A stretch of 64,000 nucleotides of DNA, taken from assembly GCA_001770725.1 (NCBI GenBank), contig MERU01000007.1:108924-172923 (forward strand), given 5' to 3'. The position numbers and the translations under genes were made by a program. The stretch comes from Burkholderiales bacterium RIFCSPHIGHO2_01_FULL_63_240 (GTDB taxonomy: Bacteria > Pseudomonadota > Gammaproteobacteria > Burkholderiales > Burkholderiaceae_C). The notes beneath the pieces were generated by a model that was given only the letters and a program-made list of their open reading frames with translations, had not been told where the DNA came from and ran no database searches. Below are positions 1 through 8,862 of the stretch, piece after piece. Within the stretch, counting starts at the first letter, position 1. The number at the start of each line of letters is the position of its first letter.

Positions 1-105
1 GATCCCGGAGGTGCGCTCACCGACTGCGAAGCTGACGGCGATGCCGACGACGAAAACAGCGGCTGCACTGATCGGCAGCATCCAGATTTTGGTGCGAAAG
101 TTCAT
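1..105 (-). CDS. N-terminal ~35 codons of a membrane-anchored protein running off the left edge (possibly a sensor or chemoreceptor)
   Basis: rc of 103-105 is ATG, preceded by GGAGCC. Translation MNFRTKIWMLPISAAAVFVVGIAVSFAVGERTSGI gives a short head plus one TM helix. Truncated by the window. Confidence 0.4.
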   Translation of the reverse strand, partial: MNFRTKIWMLPISAAAVFVVGIAVSFAVGERTSGI

Positions 106-257
106 CTTGGCTCCTGCGAGGGACGAGGGCACCCTGAGCGTCTGGCGTGCCCTTCACGGTGAGGCTATCGGCATGATGGCCGACCCTCTGAAGGGGAAAT
201 GCGCAAATAAGTCGCCCTTACCTGGCCGTTTGTGCGGGTGTTCCTACAATCCGCGCC

Positions 258-1784
258 ATGTCTGCCCCTTTGACCGCCGGACCGGCTTCGGCCTCCGTTA
301 CACGCCACCCGATGTTCTGGGTGGCCCTGCTGTACTTCTCCGAAGGGCTGCCGCTCGGGGTGTTCTACGACCTGTTCCCGGTGCACATGCGCCAGGCGGG
401 GGTGGGGCCGGCCGAGATCGGCCTGCTGAGCCTGCTGGGCCTGGCCTGGACGGTGAAGTTCCTGTGGGCGCCGCTGGTCGACGCCTGGCGCCACCACCGC
501 CGCTGGATCGCCGCCGCCAACCTGGGCATGGCCGCGGTGCTGGGGGTGCTGGCGACCCAGCCCGAAGCGCTGGGGCAGGGGGCCACCTGGCCCTGGGCCC
601 TGCTGGCGGCCTTCACGATGCTGTCGGCCACCAACGACATCGCCACCGACGGCTACACGATCGAGCTGCTGTCCAAGGGGCAGTACGGCTTGGCCAACGG
701 CCTGCGCATCGGCTTTTACCGGGGGGGCATGCTCACCGCTGGCGGGCTGCTGGTGGTGGCGGGCTGGCTCGGCACCCCCGGAGCGCCCGCCTGGTCGGCG
801 GCTTACGCGACGGGTGGTGCGCTGATGGTGCTCAACGCCGCCTTGATCCTGCTGGCGCCGGCCCAGCCGCCACGCCCACCTGCGCCGGCAACGGCCGCGG
901 TCGACGAGTGGCAGGTGCTGCGCAGCCAGCCACTGTGGTTGCTGGCCCTGGGCCTGGTGCTGGCGGGCCTGCTGTGGCCGGTGCTGGGGCCGGTGGGCAA
1001 AGCGCTGTCGTGGCCCGCCGTGCAAGCGGTCAGCGGCACCTGGTGGTTCAAGGGCGCCGTGCCGGTCGGCCTGATGCTGCTGGGCGCCAGCCTGATGGTG
1101 GTGGCGGCCCGCAGCCCGCAGGCCGCCCGCCTGACCGACGGGCCGGTGTTCGGCGCCTGGGTGGCGCTGCTGGCGCGCCCGGGCATGCTGGCCGTGCTGC
1201 TGTTCATCCTGCTGTTCAAGCTGGGCGATGCGGCCATGGGTTTCATGGTCAAGCCCTTCTGGGTGGACGCCGGCTTCACCCCGGCGCAGATCGGCCTGGT
1301 CAGCGTGAACGTGGGCCTGGGGCTGTCGATCGCCGGGGGGCTGGCAGGCGGCTGGTACGTGGACCGTGCCGGCATCTACAAGGGCCTGTGGGTGCTGGGC
1401 CTGGCCCAGGCCATGTCCAACCTGGGCTACGCCGCGGCGGCCTGGGTGGTGCCCGCTGCCTCACCTGGGGTGGAAGTGGGTGCCAACTATCAAATGATGG
1501 TTTACGCCGCCAGCGCGCTGGAAAGCTTCACCGGCGGCCTGGGCACCGGGGCCTTCCTGGCCTTCCTGATGGGCATCACCGACAAGCGCCGGGCCACGAC
1601 CGAGTACGCCATCCTGTCGTCCATCTTCGCGTTCTCGCGGTCGGTGGCGGGTTGGGCCGGTGGCCTGGGGGTCGAGCAGATGGGCTACGCGGCCTTCTTC
1701 CTGCTGACCTTCTTCCTGTCATTCCCGGCCTACACGCTGCTGCCAGCCGTGCGTCGTATGCTGTTGCGCGACGAGGCGCGTTGA
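258..1784 (+). CDS. ampG: AmpG-family MFS permease (muropeptide transporter-like)
   Basis: 508-aa ORF with multiple TM segments. The N-terminal motif FWVALLYFSEGLPLGVFYDLFPV...WTVKFLWAPLVD is typical of the AmpG/PAT family. Confidence 0.8.
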   Translation: MSAPLTAGPASASVTRHPMFWVALLYFSEGLPLGVFYDLFPVHMRQAGVGPAEIGLLSLLGLAWTVKFLWAPLVDAWRHHRRWIAAANLGMAAVLGVLATQPEALGQGATWPWALLAAFTMLSATNDIATDGYTIELLSKGQYGLANGLRIGFYRGGMLTAGGLLVVAGWLGTPGAPAWSAAYATGGALMVLNAALILLAPAQPPRPPAPATAAVDEWQVLRSQPLWLLALGLVLAGLLWPVLGPVGKALSWPAVQAVSGTWWFKGAVPVGLMLLGASLMVVAARSPQAARLTDGPVFGAWVALLARPGMLAVLLFILLFKLGDAAMGFMVKPFWVDAGFTPAQIGLVSVNVGLGLSIAGGLAGGWYVDRAGIYKGLWVLGLAQAMSNLGYAAAAWVVPAASPGVEVGANYQMMVYAASALESFTGGLGTGAFLAFLMGITDKRRATTEYAILSSIFAFSRSVAGWAGGLGVEQMGYAAFFLLTFFLSFPAYTLLPAVRRMLLRDEAR

Positions 1785-1813
1785 ACCCTCTCGTGCCCTG
1801 ATAGAAACCGACC

Positions 1814-2818
1814 ATGCCCCTGACCGCCGTTGCCCCTTCGTTCCGATCCACCCCGCGTGCCCTGGCCGCCAGCGTGTGCCTGGCGCTGGCCGCCAGCCTG
1901 GCCGCCCCCGCAGGCCAGGCCTGGGCCCGCGAAGGCGTGGAAGTCGACAAGCAGTCCTTCCTGGCGCGCCTGGTGCCGGCCGAGCAGCTCGAGCAGGCCG
2001 CGGCCCAGCAGTACCAGCAGATGGCCGTTCAGGCCCGCCAGCAGAACGCGCTGCTGCCTGACAACCACCCTCAGGTGATCCGCCTGCGCACCATCGCCAA
2101 GCGCATCATCCCGCACAGCCTGAGCTGGAACAAACGGGCCAATCAGTGGCAGTGGCAGGTCATCGCGATCAACTCCAAAGAGCTCAACGCCTTCTGCATG
2201 CCCGGCGGCAAGATCGCCTTCTACACGGGCATCCTGGAGCAGCTCAAGCTGACCGACGACGAGGTCGCCATGATCATGGGCCACGAGGTGGCGCACGCCC
2301 TGCGCGAGCACGCCCGCGAGCGCATCGGCAAGCAGTCGGCCACGCGCCTGGGGGCCAACGTGATCTCGGGCCTGCTGGGCCTGGGCGGGCTGGGCGACTC
2401 GCTGCTGAACATGGGCGGGCAGTTGCTGACGCTGACCTTCAGCCGCCAGGACGAGTCCGAAGCCGACCTGGTGGGCATGGAGCTGGCCGCGCGCGCCGGC
2501 TACAACCCGCAGGCCGGCATCACGCTGTGGCAGAAGATGGCCGCGGCCGCCAAGGGTGCACCGCCACAGTTCCTGTCCACCCACCCCTCGAGCTCGACCC
2601 GCATCCAGGACATCCAGGCCAACCTGCCCAAGGTGATGCCCTTGTTCGAGCGCGCGCCCAAGCCGCAGCAGCGTTGGGACGCACCGGCGCGTTCAGGCCT
2701 GAACACCGCCGATCCGCTGGAGCTGGCCTACTGGGGCCGTGGCGTGGCGACCCGCCCTGCGCAGACCGACCGGCTCGACCAGGGCGAACGCCGCGATCAC
2801 CACGATCACGGGCACTGA
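1814..2818 (+). CDS. M48-family zinc metallopeptidase (secreted or lipoprotein, LoiP/YcaL-like)
   Basis: Signal-like N-terminus, HEVAHALREH (HExxH) motif, a downstream E(A)D motif and STHPSSSTR. Confidence 0.85.
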   Translation: MPLTAVAPSFRSTPRALAASVCLALAASLAAPAGQAWAREGVEVDKQSFLARLVPAEQLEQAAAQQYQQMAVQARQQNALLPDNHPQVIRLRTIAKRIIPHSLSWNKRANQWQWQVIAINSKELNAFCMPGGKIAFYTGILEQLKLTDDEVAMIMGHEVAHALREHARERIGKQSATRLGANVISGLLGLGGLGDSLLNMGGQLLTLTFSRQDESEADLVGMELAARAGYNPQAGITLWQKMAAAAKGAPPQFLSTHPSSSTRIQDIQANLPKVMPLFERAPKPQQRWDAPARSGLNTADPLELAYWGRGVATRPAQTDRLDQGERRDHHDHGH

Positions 2819-2828
2819 GCCCGCGCCT

Positions 2829-4292
2829 TCAGCGGCTGGTGGCCATCAGCTCGCCGGCCAGCTTGCCCACGCGGGCCAGGGCGCGGCGCTCGGCGTCGCC
2901 CCACTTGCCGCCCAGGCCCAGGCGCATGCAGCGCTTGAAGCGGTCGTTGGTGCTGAACAGGCTACCCGGGGCGATGCAGATGTGCTCTTCCAGGCAGGTG
3001 TGAAAAAGCTCGACGGTGTCGACCTCGGCGGGCAGCTCCAGCCACAGGATGTAGCCCCCCGAAGGCGAGGTCATGCGCGTGCCCTTGGGGAAGTGGCGCG
3101 AGATGACGGCGCGGGCCTCGTCCATGCGCGCGGCCACCACGGCGCGCAGCTGCCGGTAGCCGGCTTCGATGCCGGGTTGGGTCAGCAGGTCGGCCAGGGC
3201 GCGCTGCAGCATCACGGTTTCGCTGCCTGAGGTGGATGCCTTCAGGCGTTGCAGCCTTTGCTGGCGCTCGCCTTGACCCGGCGCGGCGATCCAGCCCAGG
3301 CGCAGGCCCGGCGCGATGGTCTTGCTGAAGGAGCCGCACAGCAGCACCTGCCCACCGGTGTCGAAGGACTGCACCGCTCGGCGGCGGTCGTCGTCCTCGC
3401 ACAGGTCGTTGTAGAGCACGTCCTCGATCAACGGCACCTGGTGGCGCGCGACCATCTGCGCCAGGCGCTTGCGCTCGGACAGCGGCATGCTGCAGCCCAG
3501 GGGGTTTGACAGCGTGGGCACCACCAGGATGGCCTTGACGGGCTGGGTGTCGAGCGCCAGTTGCAGCGCGTCGAGCGACAGGCCGGTGCGCGGGTGGGTG
3601 GGGATCTCCAGCGCGCGCAGCCCCAGGCTCTCGAGGATCTCCAGGAAGCCGTAGTAGGTGGGCGACTCCAGTGCCACCACGTCGCCCGGCTTGGTCACCG
3701 TGCGCAGGCACAGCGTGATCGACTCCAGGCAACTGCCCGTGACGGTGATGTCCTCGGCATCGACGTGGCAGCCCATGCGCAGCGCGTGGCGCGCGATGGC
3801 CTTGCGCAGCGACTCGTCGCCGGGGCCGAAGGGGTACTGACACAGCGTGGCGCGGTGGCGCTGGGTGGCGCGGCTGACGGCCCGGCGAACGCGTTCTTGC
3901 GCGAACAGCGCGGCGTCGGGGCAGGCCGCGCCAAAGGAGACGTAGTCGGGGTGGTGGGCCAGGCTCATCATCTTGCCGGCCATGGCGCTGATGCCGACGC
4001 TGACCGAGCGCTTCGGGGGGCGCGAGGTGTCGGGCTCGGGCAACTGGGGCGGGCGCGCGGCGACGAAGTAGCCCGAGCGCGGTCGGGCCTCGATCAGGCG
4101 GGCGTCTTCGAGCGTGCGGTAGGCCTGCACGACGGTGGACTGCGAGACACCGTGCTGGTGGGCCAGGTTGCGCACCGAGGGGATGCGCTCGCCGCGCGAG
4201 AGCGTGCCGGTGCGGATCTGCCGCGCCATGGCGTCGGCGATGCGCAGGTAGAGGGTGTCGGGGGCTTCGGCCAGGGTCTGCATGAGCCCCAT
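2829..4292 (-). CDS. MocR-type regulator (GntR HTH fused to a PLP aminotransferase-like domain)
   Basis: From MGLMQTLAEAPDTLYLRIADAMARQIRTGTL..RIPSVRNLAHQHGVSQSTVVQAY (GntR wHTH), followed by a class-I aminotransferase-like body. The upstream 154 codons of the 641-aa ORF look like non-coding read-through. Confidence 0.85.
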   Translation of the reverse strand: MGLMQTLAEAPDTLYLRIADAMARQIRTGTLSRGERIPSVRNLAHQHGVSQSTVVQAYRTLEDARLIEARPRSGYFVAARPPQLPEPDTSRPPKRSVSVGISAMAGKMMSLAHHPDYVSFGAACPDAALFAQERVRRAVSRATQRHRATLCQYPFGPGDESLRKAIARHALRMGCHVDAEDITVTGSCLESITLCLRTVTKPGDVVALESPTYYGFLEILESLGLRALEIPTHPRTGLSLDALQLALDTQPVKAILVVPTLSNPLGCSMPLSERKRLAQMVARHQVPLIEDVLYNDLCEDDDRRRAVQSFDTGGQVLLCGSFSKTIAPGLRLGWIAAPGQGERQQRLQRLKASTSGSETVMLQRALADLLTQPGIEAGYRQLRAVVAARMDEARAVISRHFPKGTRMTSPSGGYILWLELPAEVDTVELFHTCLEEHICIAPGSLFSTNDRFKRCMRLGLGGKWGDAERRALARVGKLAGELMATSR

Positions 4293-4461
4293 TCTGTATG
4301 GAATGGTGGGCGGTTGACCAGCACAGATGGCGGCGCACACGACCGGCACAGTCCGCGCATGGGGGCGTCTGTGTGGGGGCGACCGGTGCCGGGCTGTGGC
4401 TGTCGGGGTGCGCAGTCGCGGCCTACCTTGGGTGGCCCGACCCGTGCCCGAGGAGGCCCCC

Positions 4462-4785
4462 ATGTCCCACCTGAATCGGCTGCCCGCCTTCGCCCTCATG
4501 ATGCGCCCCTTGCTGCGCGCCTTCCTGCGCCCCAAGCCGACCCGGGGGGCGACCTGCGTGAGCGCGACCCTGCCCGCCGGCCAGGCCGCCCGCCTGACGC
4601 TGCGCCGGGGTGAGACCCTGCTCGTGCGCCAGGGGCGCCTGTGGCTGACCCGCGAAGGTGACCCGGTGGACCATGTGCTGTGGCCGGGGACGGGCCACGT
4701 CGCCTCGGTGCCGCAGGAGGTGGTCATCGAGGCCTTCGGGCCCCAGGCCTGCAACTACGAGCGCCACCGCCTTCGGGGAGCGTGA
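4462..4785 (+). CDS. DUF2917-like small protein, divergent from the MocR regulator
   Basis: ATG at 4462 preceded by GAGGAGG. Sequence ...LRRGETLLVRQGRLWLTREGDPVDHVLWPG... matches the DUF2917 pattern as I recall it. Confidence 0.55.
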   Translation: MSHLNRLPAFALMMRPLLRAFLRPKPTRGATCVSATLPAGQAARLTLRRGETLLVRQGRLWLTREGDPVDHVLWPGTGHVASVPQEVVIEAFGPQACNYERHRLRGA

Positions 4786-4910
4786 TTCCGTTACGCATGT
4801 AAAAGGCGGGATTGCGCCTCATGAATGGGGCGCAGCGGTCGATAGCCTTCTGACCAACCATGCGTGTCTCCATAGGAAATGGGGTTGCGCCCGTCCCGAA
4901 GGAGATCATC

Positions 4911-6476
4911 GTGAATGCAATCAGGTCGGAAATGACCGTCACGGGCCGCCTGGCCCTGGGTTTTGGGGGCGTCACCCTCATCGGCTTGCTGATCGCCGCC
5001 ATCGCGGTGTGGATCATGCAGGACATGGGGAACCGGCTCGACACCATCGCCAAGGACCGCATGGTCAAGGTGGCGAAGTTCAATGAGCTCAAGGGCAACC
5101 TGAGCCTGATCGCGGCGGCGGCACGGGACATCCTGCTGTCCGAGGACCTCGGCTTCGAGAACGAGGCAAGCACCCGCATCCAGCAGCTGCGGGCCCGCAA
5201 CGCCGAGCTGATGGCCGAGCTGGACAAACTCGTGCTCATGCCCGGGGGGCGCGAGTTGCTCCAGGCGATCTCCGACAACCGGCCCGAATACAACCGCCTG
5301 ACCGATCAGGCGATCGAGCTGGACCGCAAAGGCCAGACCGCTGAGGCCGTGCTCATCTTAATGGTGCAGGCCAAGGAGAGGCGCCAGGCCATCTTCAAGG
5401 CGGTCGACGACTCCATCGCCATGCAGCAGGAAGCCACCCTGGCCTTGGTCACCGAATCACATCGTCAGGCCGGCATGGGCGTGATGGGCATGGTGCTGCT
5501 GGGCGTGCTGATGGCGGCCCTGGGCGCCGCCGTGACCTGGTTCACCGCGCGCAACCTGCGCCGTGCACTGGGGGCCGAGCCGCGCGAGCTGGGCGCCATC
5601 GCCCAACGCGTGGCCGACGGTGACCTGCATCCCATCGCCCATGGCCACCAGGCGCCGCAGGGCAGCGTGCTGGCCTCCCTGTCGGACATGCAGACCAAGC
5701 TGGCCACCATCGTCGGTCAGGTGCGCCACAGCAGCGAGAGCATCGCCACAGGGTCCGCCCAGATCGCCACGGGCAACGCCGACCTGAGCCAGCGAACCGA
5801 AGAGCAGGCGAGCAACCTGCAGCAGACGGCGGCTTCGATGGAGCAGATCTCCGGCACCGTGCAGAGCAACGCAGAAACCGCGACCGAGGCCAGCCAATTG
5901 GCCGGCGACGCGGTTTCGGCGGCCGAGCGCGGCGGCGCGCTGATGGGCAACCTGGTCTCGACGATGAAGGACATCTCGCTGGCTTCGGGCAAGATCTCCG
6001 AGATCATCGGCGTGATCGATGGCATCGCCTTCCAGACGAACATCCTGGCGCTCAACGCCGCGGTCGAGGCCGCACGGGCGGGCGAGGAAGGGCGTGGCTT
6101 CGCGGTGGTGGCAGGCGAGGTGCGCACGCTGGCGCAACGCTCGGCCGAAGCCGCCCGCGAGATCCGCACCCTGATCCACACCAACGTGGAGAAGGTCCGC
6201 CTGGGCGAGCAGCAGGCCGACGAGGCCGGCGGCTCCATCGGAGACATCGTCGGTCAGGTGCAGCGCGTCAATCAGATGATCGCCGAGATTTCGAACGCCT
6301 CGGCCCAGCAGGCCACGGGCGTGGGGCAGGTGGGCGATGCCATCACCCAGCTCGACCAGGTGACGCAGCAGAACGCTGCGCTGGTGGAGGAAAGCGCCGC
6401 CGCCGCGGAGAGCCTGCGCACGCAGGCGCACCGCATGGCGGAGATGGTCAGCGTGTTCAGGCTGGCTCAGGCCTGA
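4911..6476 (+). CDS. Methyl-accepting chemotaxis protein
   Basis: GTG at 4911 lies 6 nt after AAGGAGA. TM helix, periplasmic region, second TM helix, HAMP, and the conserved signalling hairpin ([41 protein letters not shown]). Confidence 0.9.
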   Translation: MNAIRSEMTVTGRLALGFGGVTLIGLLIAAIAVWIMQDMGNRLDTIAKDRMVKVAKFNELKGNLSLIAAAARDILLSEDLGFENEASTRIQQLRARNAELMAELDKLVLMPGGRELLQAISDNRPEYNRLTDQAIELDRKGQTAEAVLILMVQAKERRQAIFKAVDDSIAMQQEATLALVTESHRQAGMGVMGMVLLGVLMAALGAAVTWFTARNLRRALGAEPRELGAIAQRVADGDLHPIAHGHQAPQGSVLASLSDMQTKLATIVGQVRHSSESIATGSAQIATGNADLSQRTEEQASNLQQTAASMEQISGTVQSNAETATEASQLAGDAVSAAERGGALMGNLVSTMKDISLASGKISEIIGVIDGIAFQTNILALNAAVEAARAGEEGRGFAVVAGEVRTLAQRSAEAAREIRTLIHTNVEKVRLGEQQADEAGGSIGDIVGQVQRVNQMIAEISNASAQQATGVGQVGDAITQLDQVTQQNAALVEESAAAAESLRTQAHRMAEMVSVFRLAQA

Positions 6477-6493
6477 TCGCCGATTGAGCCGTC

Positions 6494-7129
6494 TCAGCGC
6501 TTGAGGAAGGGGTTGAACCGGCGTTCTTCCCCGAAGGTGCTCTCGGGCCCGTGACCGGGCGTGAAGGTGATGTCGTCGCCCAGGGGCAGCAGGTGCTGCG
6601 TGATGGCGCGGATCAGGTCGCCGTGGTTGCCGCCGGGGAAGTCGGTGCGACCGATGCCGCCGTTGAACAGCACATCGCCCACGAAGGCGTGGCGCGTGCC
6701 ACCGTGGAAGAACACGACGTGGCCTGGCGTGTGGCCAGGGCAGTGCAGCACCTTCAGCGTCTGCTTGCCGATGCTGACTTCATCGCCATCGTGCAACCAG
6801 CGCGTGGGCGTGAAGGGCTCGGCTTGCGGAAAGCCGAACATCTGGCTTTGCTGGGGCAGGGCGTCGATCCAGAACTGGTCGCCTTCGTGGGGGCCGACGA
6901 TGGGCAAGGCCAGCGTGCGCGCCAGCGTGCCGGTGCCCCCCGCGTGGTCGATGTGGGCATGCGTCAGCCACAGCGCCTTGAGCGTCAGACCGCGCTCTTC
7001 GACGGCCTGCAGCAGCACGCCGATGTCGCCACCCGGGTCGATCAGGGAGGCCTCGTTGGTCTCGTCACACCAGACGAGGGAGCAGTTCTGTTCGAAGGCG
7101 GTGACGGGGAGGGTGAGGCGGTGGAGCAT
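6494..7129 (-). CDS. MBL-fold hydrolase (GloB/YcbL-like hydroxyacylglutathione hydrolase family)
   Basis: THAHIDHAGG metal-binding motif. Start placed at MLHRLTLPV (7129) because the 14 extra codons of the ORF are encoded by the AT-rich inverted-repeat element at 7141-7187. Confidence 0.8.
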   Translation of the reverse strand: MLHRLTLPVTAFEQNCSLVWCDETNEASLIDPGGDIGVLLQAVEERGLTLKALWLTHAHIDHAGGTGTLARTLALPIVGPHEGDQFWIDALPQQSQMFGFPQAEPFTPTRWLHDGDEVSIGKQTLKVLHCPGHTPGHVVFFHGGTRHAFVGDVLFNGGIGRTDFPGGNHGDLIRAITQHLLPLGDDITFTPGHGPESTFGEERRFNPFLKR

Positions 7130-7140
7130 GCCGTCTGCGT

Positions 7141-7187
7141 AGGAATCGGACAACAAAGTTTTAAAACTCAAAACATAGTCTCAAAAC
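7141..7187. repeat. Left terminal inverted repeat of the island
   Basis: AGGAATCGGACAACAAAGT + 20-nt insert + CTCAAAAC. The reverse complement of 13348-13375 is AGGAATCGGATAACAAAGTCTCAAAACC (18/19 plus 8/8 match). Confidence 0.6.
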
Positions 7188-7516
7188 GCTTTGATTTGAA
7201 ACGACTTTTGAGAGCGTAGCACTCTGTGGGCAGAGTGCCCATTCAAATGCGCCACTTCGGCCAGTGATCAGCCCCTTCCCGGTCAGATGGGATTTTCATC
7301 GGATGAAAGCGGGCTGAGGGCCTTTCCAGGCTGGGTGCGGTCATGCCCAGCTGACAGGCACCAAGCTCGTGTCACTGAACAGCTCGGCCACTGCGAGGCG
7401 AACCAAGGTGCATTGCTCCATTCTGGCCCGTCGCGAGTTGAGCAGGTCACAGCGACTTATCAAGATGCTGGGCATGACCTGGTCACCCTGACCGCCTGCC
7501 ACATTGAACATGTCAG

Positions 7517-7558
7517 CATCAAATAAAACGGGGCGTCCGTCTTGAAACGAACGCCCCG
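7517..7558 (-). terminator. Rho-independent terminator after rtcB
   Basis: On the minus strand, stem CGGGGCGT...ACGCCCCG is followed by GTTTTATTTGAT, immediately 3' of the rtcB stop. Confidence 0.7.
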
Positions 7559-7580
7559 GCTAGTGGGCACAATAGATCTG

Positions 7581-8798
7581 TCATCCCTTGACACACACCA
7601 CCTGCTTGAGCGTGTGCACCACATCGACAAGGTCACGCTGAGCCTCCATCACCGCATCAATGTCCTTGTACGCGGCCGGGGTCTCATCGATCACATCCTT
7701 GTCCTTGCGGCACTCGACGCCCTCGGTGGCCGTACGGTGGTCAGCCAGAGTGAAGCGGCGCTTTGCCTCGCCACGGCTCATGACACGACCGGCCCCGTGT
7801 GAGCAACTCTCGAAGCTCTCTGGGTTGCCCTTGCCACGCACGATGTAGCTGCGCGCGCCCATGCTGCCCGGGATGATGCCCAGCTGACCGGCCTTGGCGC
7901 TCACCGCACCCTTGCGGGTCACAAAAATTTCCTCGCCAAAGTGATGCTCGCGCTGCACGTAGTTGTGGTGACAATTCACGGCCTCGATGTGGCTTTGGAA
8001 GTTCTTGCGGATCACGGTCTTGGCAGCCTCGATCACGCGGCGCATCATCACCTCACGGTTGATGGCGGCGAACTTCTGCGCCCAGCCGACGCCGCGTACG
8101 TAGTCACCAAAGTAGCGGCTGCCTTCTTCGAAGTAGGCCAGATCGCGGTCGGGCAGGTTGGCGTTGTTGCGCATCGCATCTTGCTTGGCCAGTTCGATGA
8201 ACATGGTGCCAATGAAGTTGCCCACGCCACGCGAACCTGAGTGCAGCATGAACCACACGGCACCTTGCTCGTCCAGGCAGACTTCGATGAAGTGGTTGCC
8301 CGTACCGAGCGTGCCCAGGTGATTGCGGTTGTTGGTCTTGGCGATCTTGGGATAGTCGCGGCACAGTTCGGTGAACTCGGGCTCCAGTTGCGCCCAGGCC
8401 GTGTCGACCGAACCTGGCACCTTTTGCCAGGCACCTGGATCACGGTTGCCTGGTGCGCGACCATGCGGCACGGCACGTTCGATGGCGGCGCGCAGCGGGC
8501 CCAGGTTGTCAGGCAGGTCTTCAGCTGTCAGCGTGGTCTTGCAGGCCATCATGCCGCAGCCGATGTCCACACCCACCGCAGCCGGGATGATGGCCTTGAT
8601 GGTGGGAATGACCGAACCGACGGTCGCTCCGATACCAAAGTGCACATCCGGCATGGCTGCAATGTGTTTGAACACGACAGGCAGACGGGCCGCATTGATG
8701 AGCTGGCGACGGGCTTCGTCTTCCACGGGCACACCGCGCGTCCACATCTTCACCGGCACGCCACCAAGCGTGTCTTCTTCGATGTAATTCGTTTCCAT
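7581..8798 (-). CDS. rtcB: RtcB-family RNA 3'-phosphate/2',3'-cyclic-phosphate ligase
   Basis: 405 aa. Hallmark motifs AAMPDVHFGIGATVGSV, GCGMMA, GTLGTGNHFIE, HSGSRG and SCSHGAGR. Confidence 0.95.
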   Translation of the reverse strand: METNYIEEDTLGGVPVKMWTRGVPVEDEARRQLINAARLPVVFKHIAAMPDVHFGIGATVGSVIPTIKAIIPAAVGVDIGCGMMACKTTLTAEDLPDNLGPLRAAIERAVPHGRAPGNRDPGAWQKVPGSVDTAWAQLEPEFTELCRDYPKIAKTNNRNHLGTLGTGNHFIEVCLDEQGAVWFMLHSGSRGVGNFIGTMFIELAKQDAMRNNANLPDRDLAYFEEGSRYFGDYVRGVGWAQKFAAINREVMMRRVIEAAKTVIRKNFQSHIEAVNCHHNYVQREHHFGEEIFVTRKGAVSAKAGQLGIIPGSMGARSYIVRGKGNPESFESCSHGAGRVMSRGEAKRRFTLADHRTATEGVECRKDKDVIDETPAAYKDIDAVMEAQRDLVDVVHTLKQVVCVKG

Positions 8799-8862
8799 GA
8801 TTTATCTCATTCTTCCGTAAATGGAGGCGGCATGGCCGCCTCTGTGTAATGCCCTCGCTGAT

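Noticed and set aside
11-1801. Very long ORFs in alternative frames or on the antisense strand throughout the window, for example 11-1801 (+), 165-1025 (-), 2962-4338 (-), 25600-27657 (-) and 33096-36281 (+).
   Set aside because: These are typical high-GC shadow ORFs. They give Arg/Ala/Gly/Pro-rich low-complexity translations and overlap genes with clear family motifs in another frame.
4293-4754. The 154-codon N-terminal extension of the MocR ORF.
   Set aside because: The sequence is Arg/Pro-rich with no domain. The GntR HTH begins right after the ATG at 4292, and the extension would swallow the divergent promoter and the DUF2917 gene start.
7130-7140. A possible target-site duplication flanking the inverted repeats (CTGCGT on the left versus CTTCGT at 13376-13381).
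   Set aside because: The match is only 5/6 over 6 nt, which is indistinguishable from chance without an empty-site comparison.
7287-7526. A 79-aa plus-strand ORF (and a 56-aa minus-strand ORF) in the spacer left of rtcB.
   Set aside because: There is no RBS and no recognisable motif, and it overlaps the rtcB terminator. A TLTAC string resembling a sortase motif is too short to mean anything.
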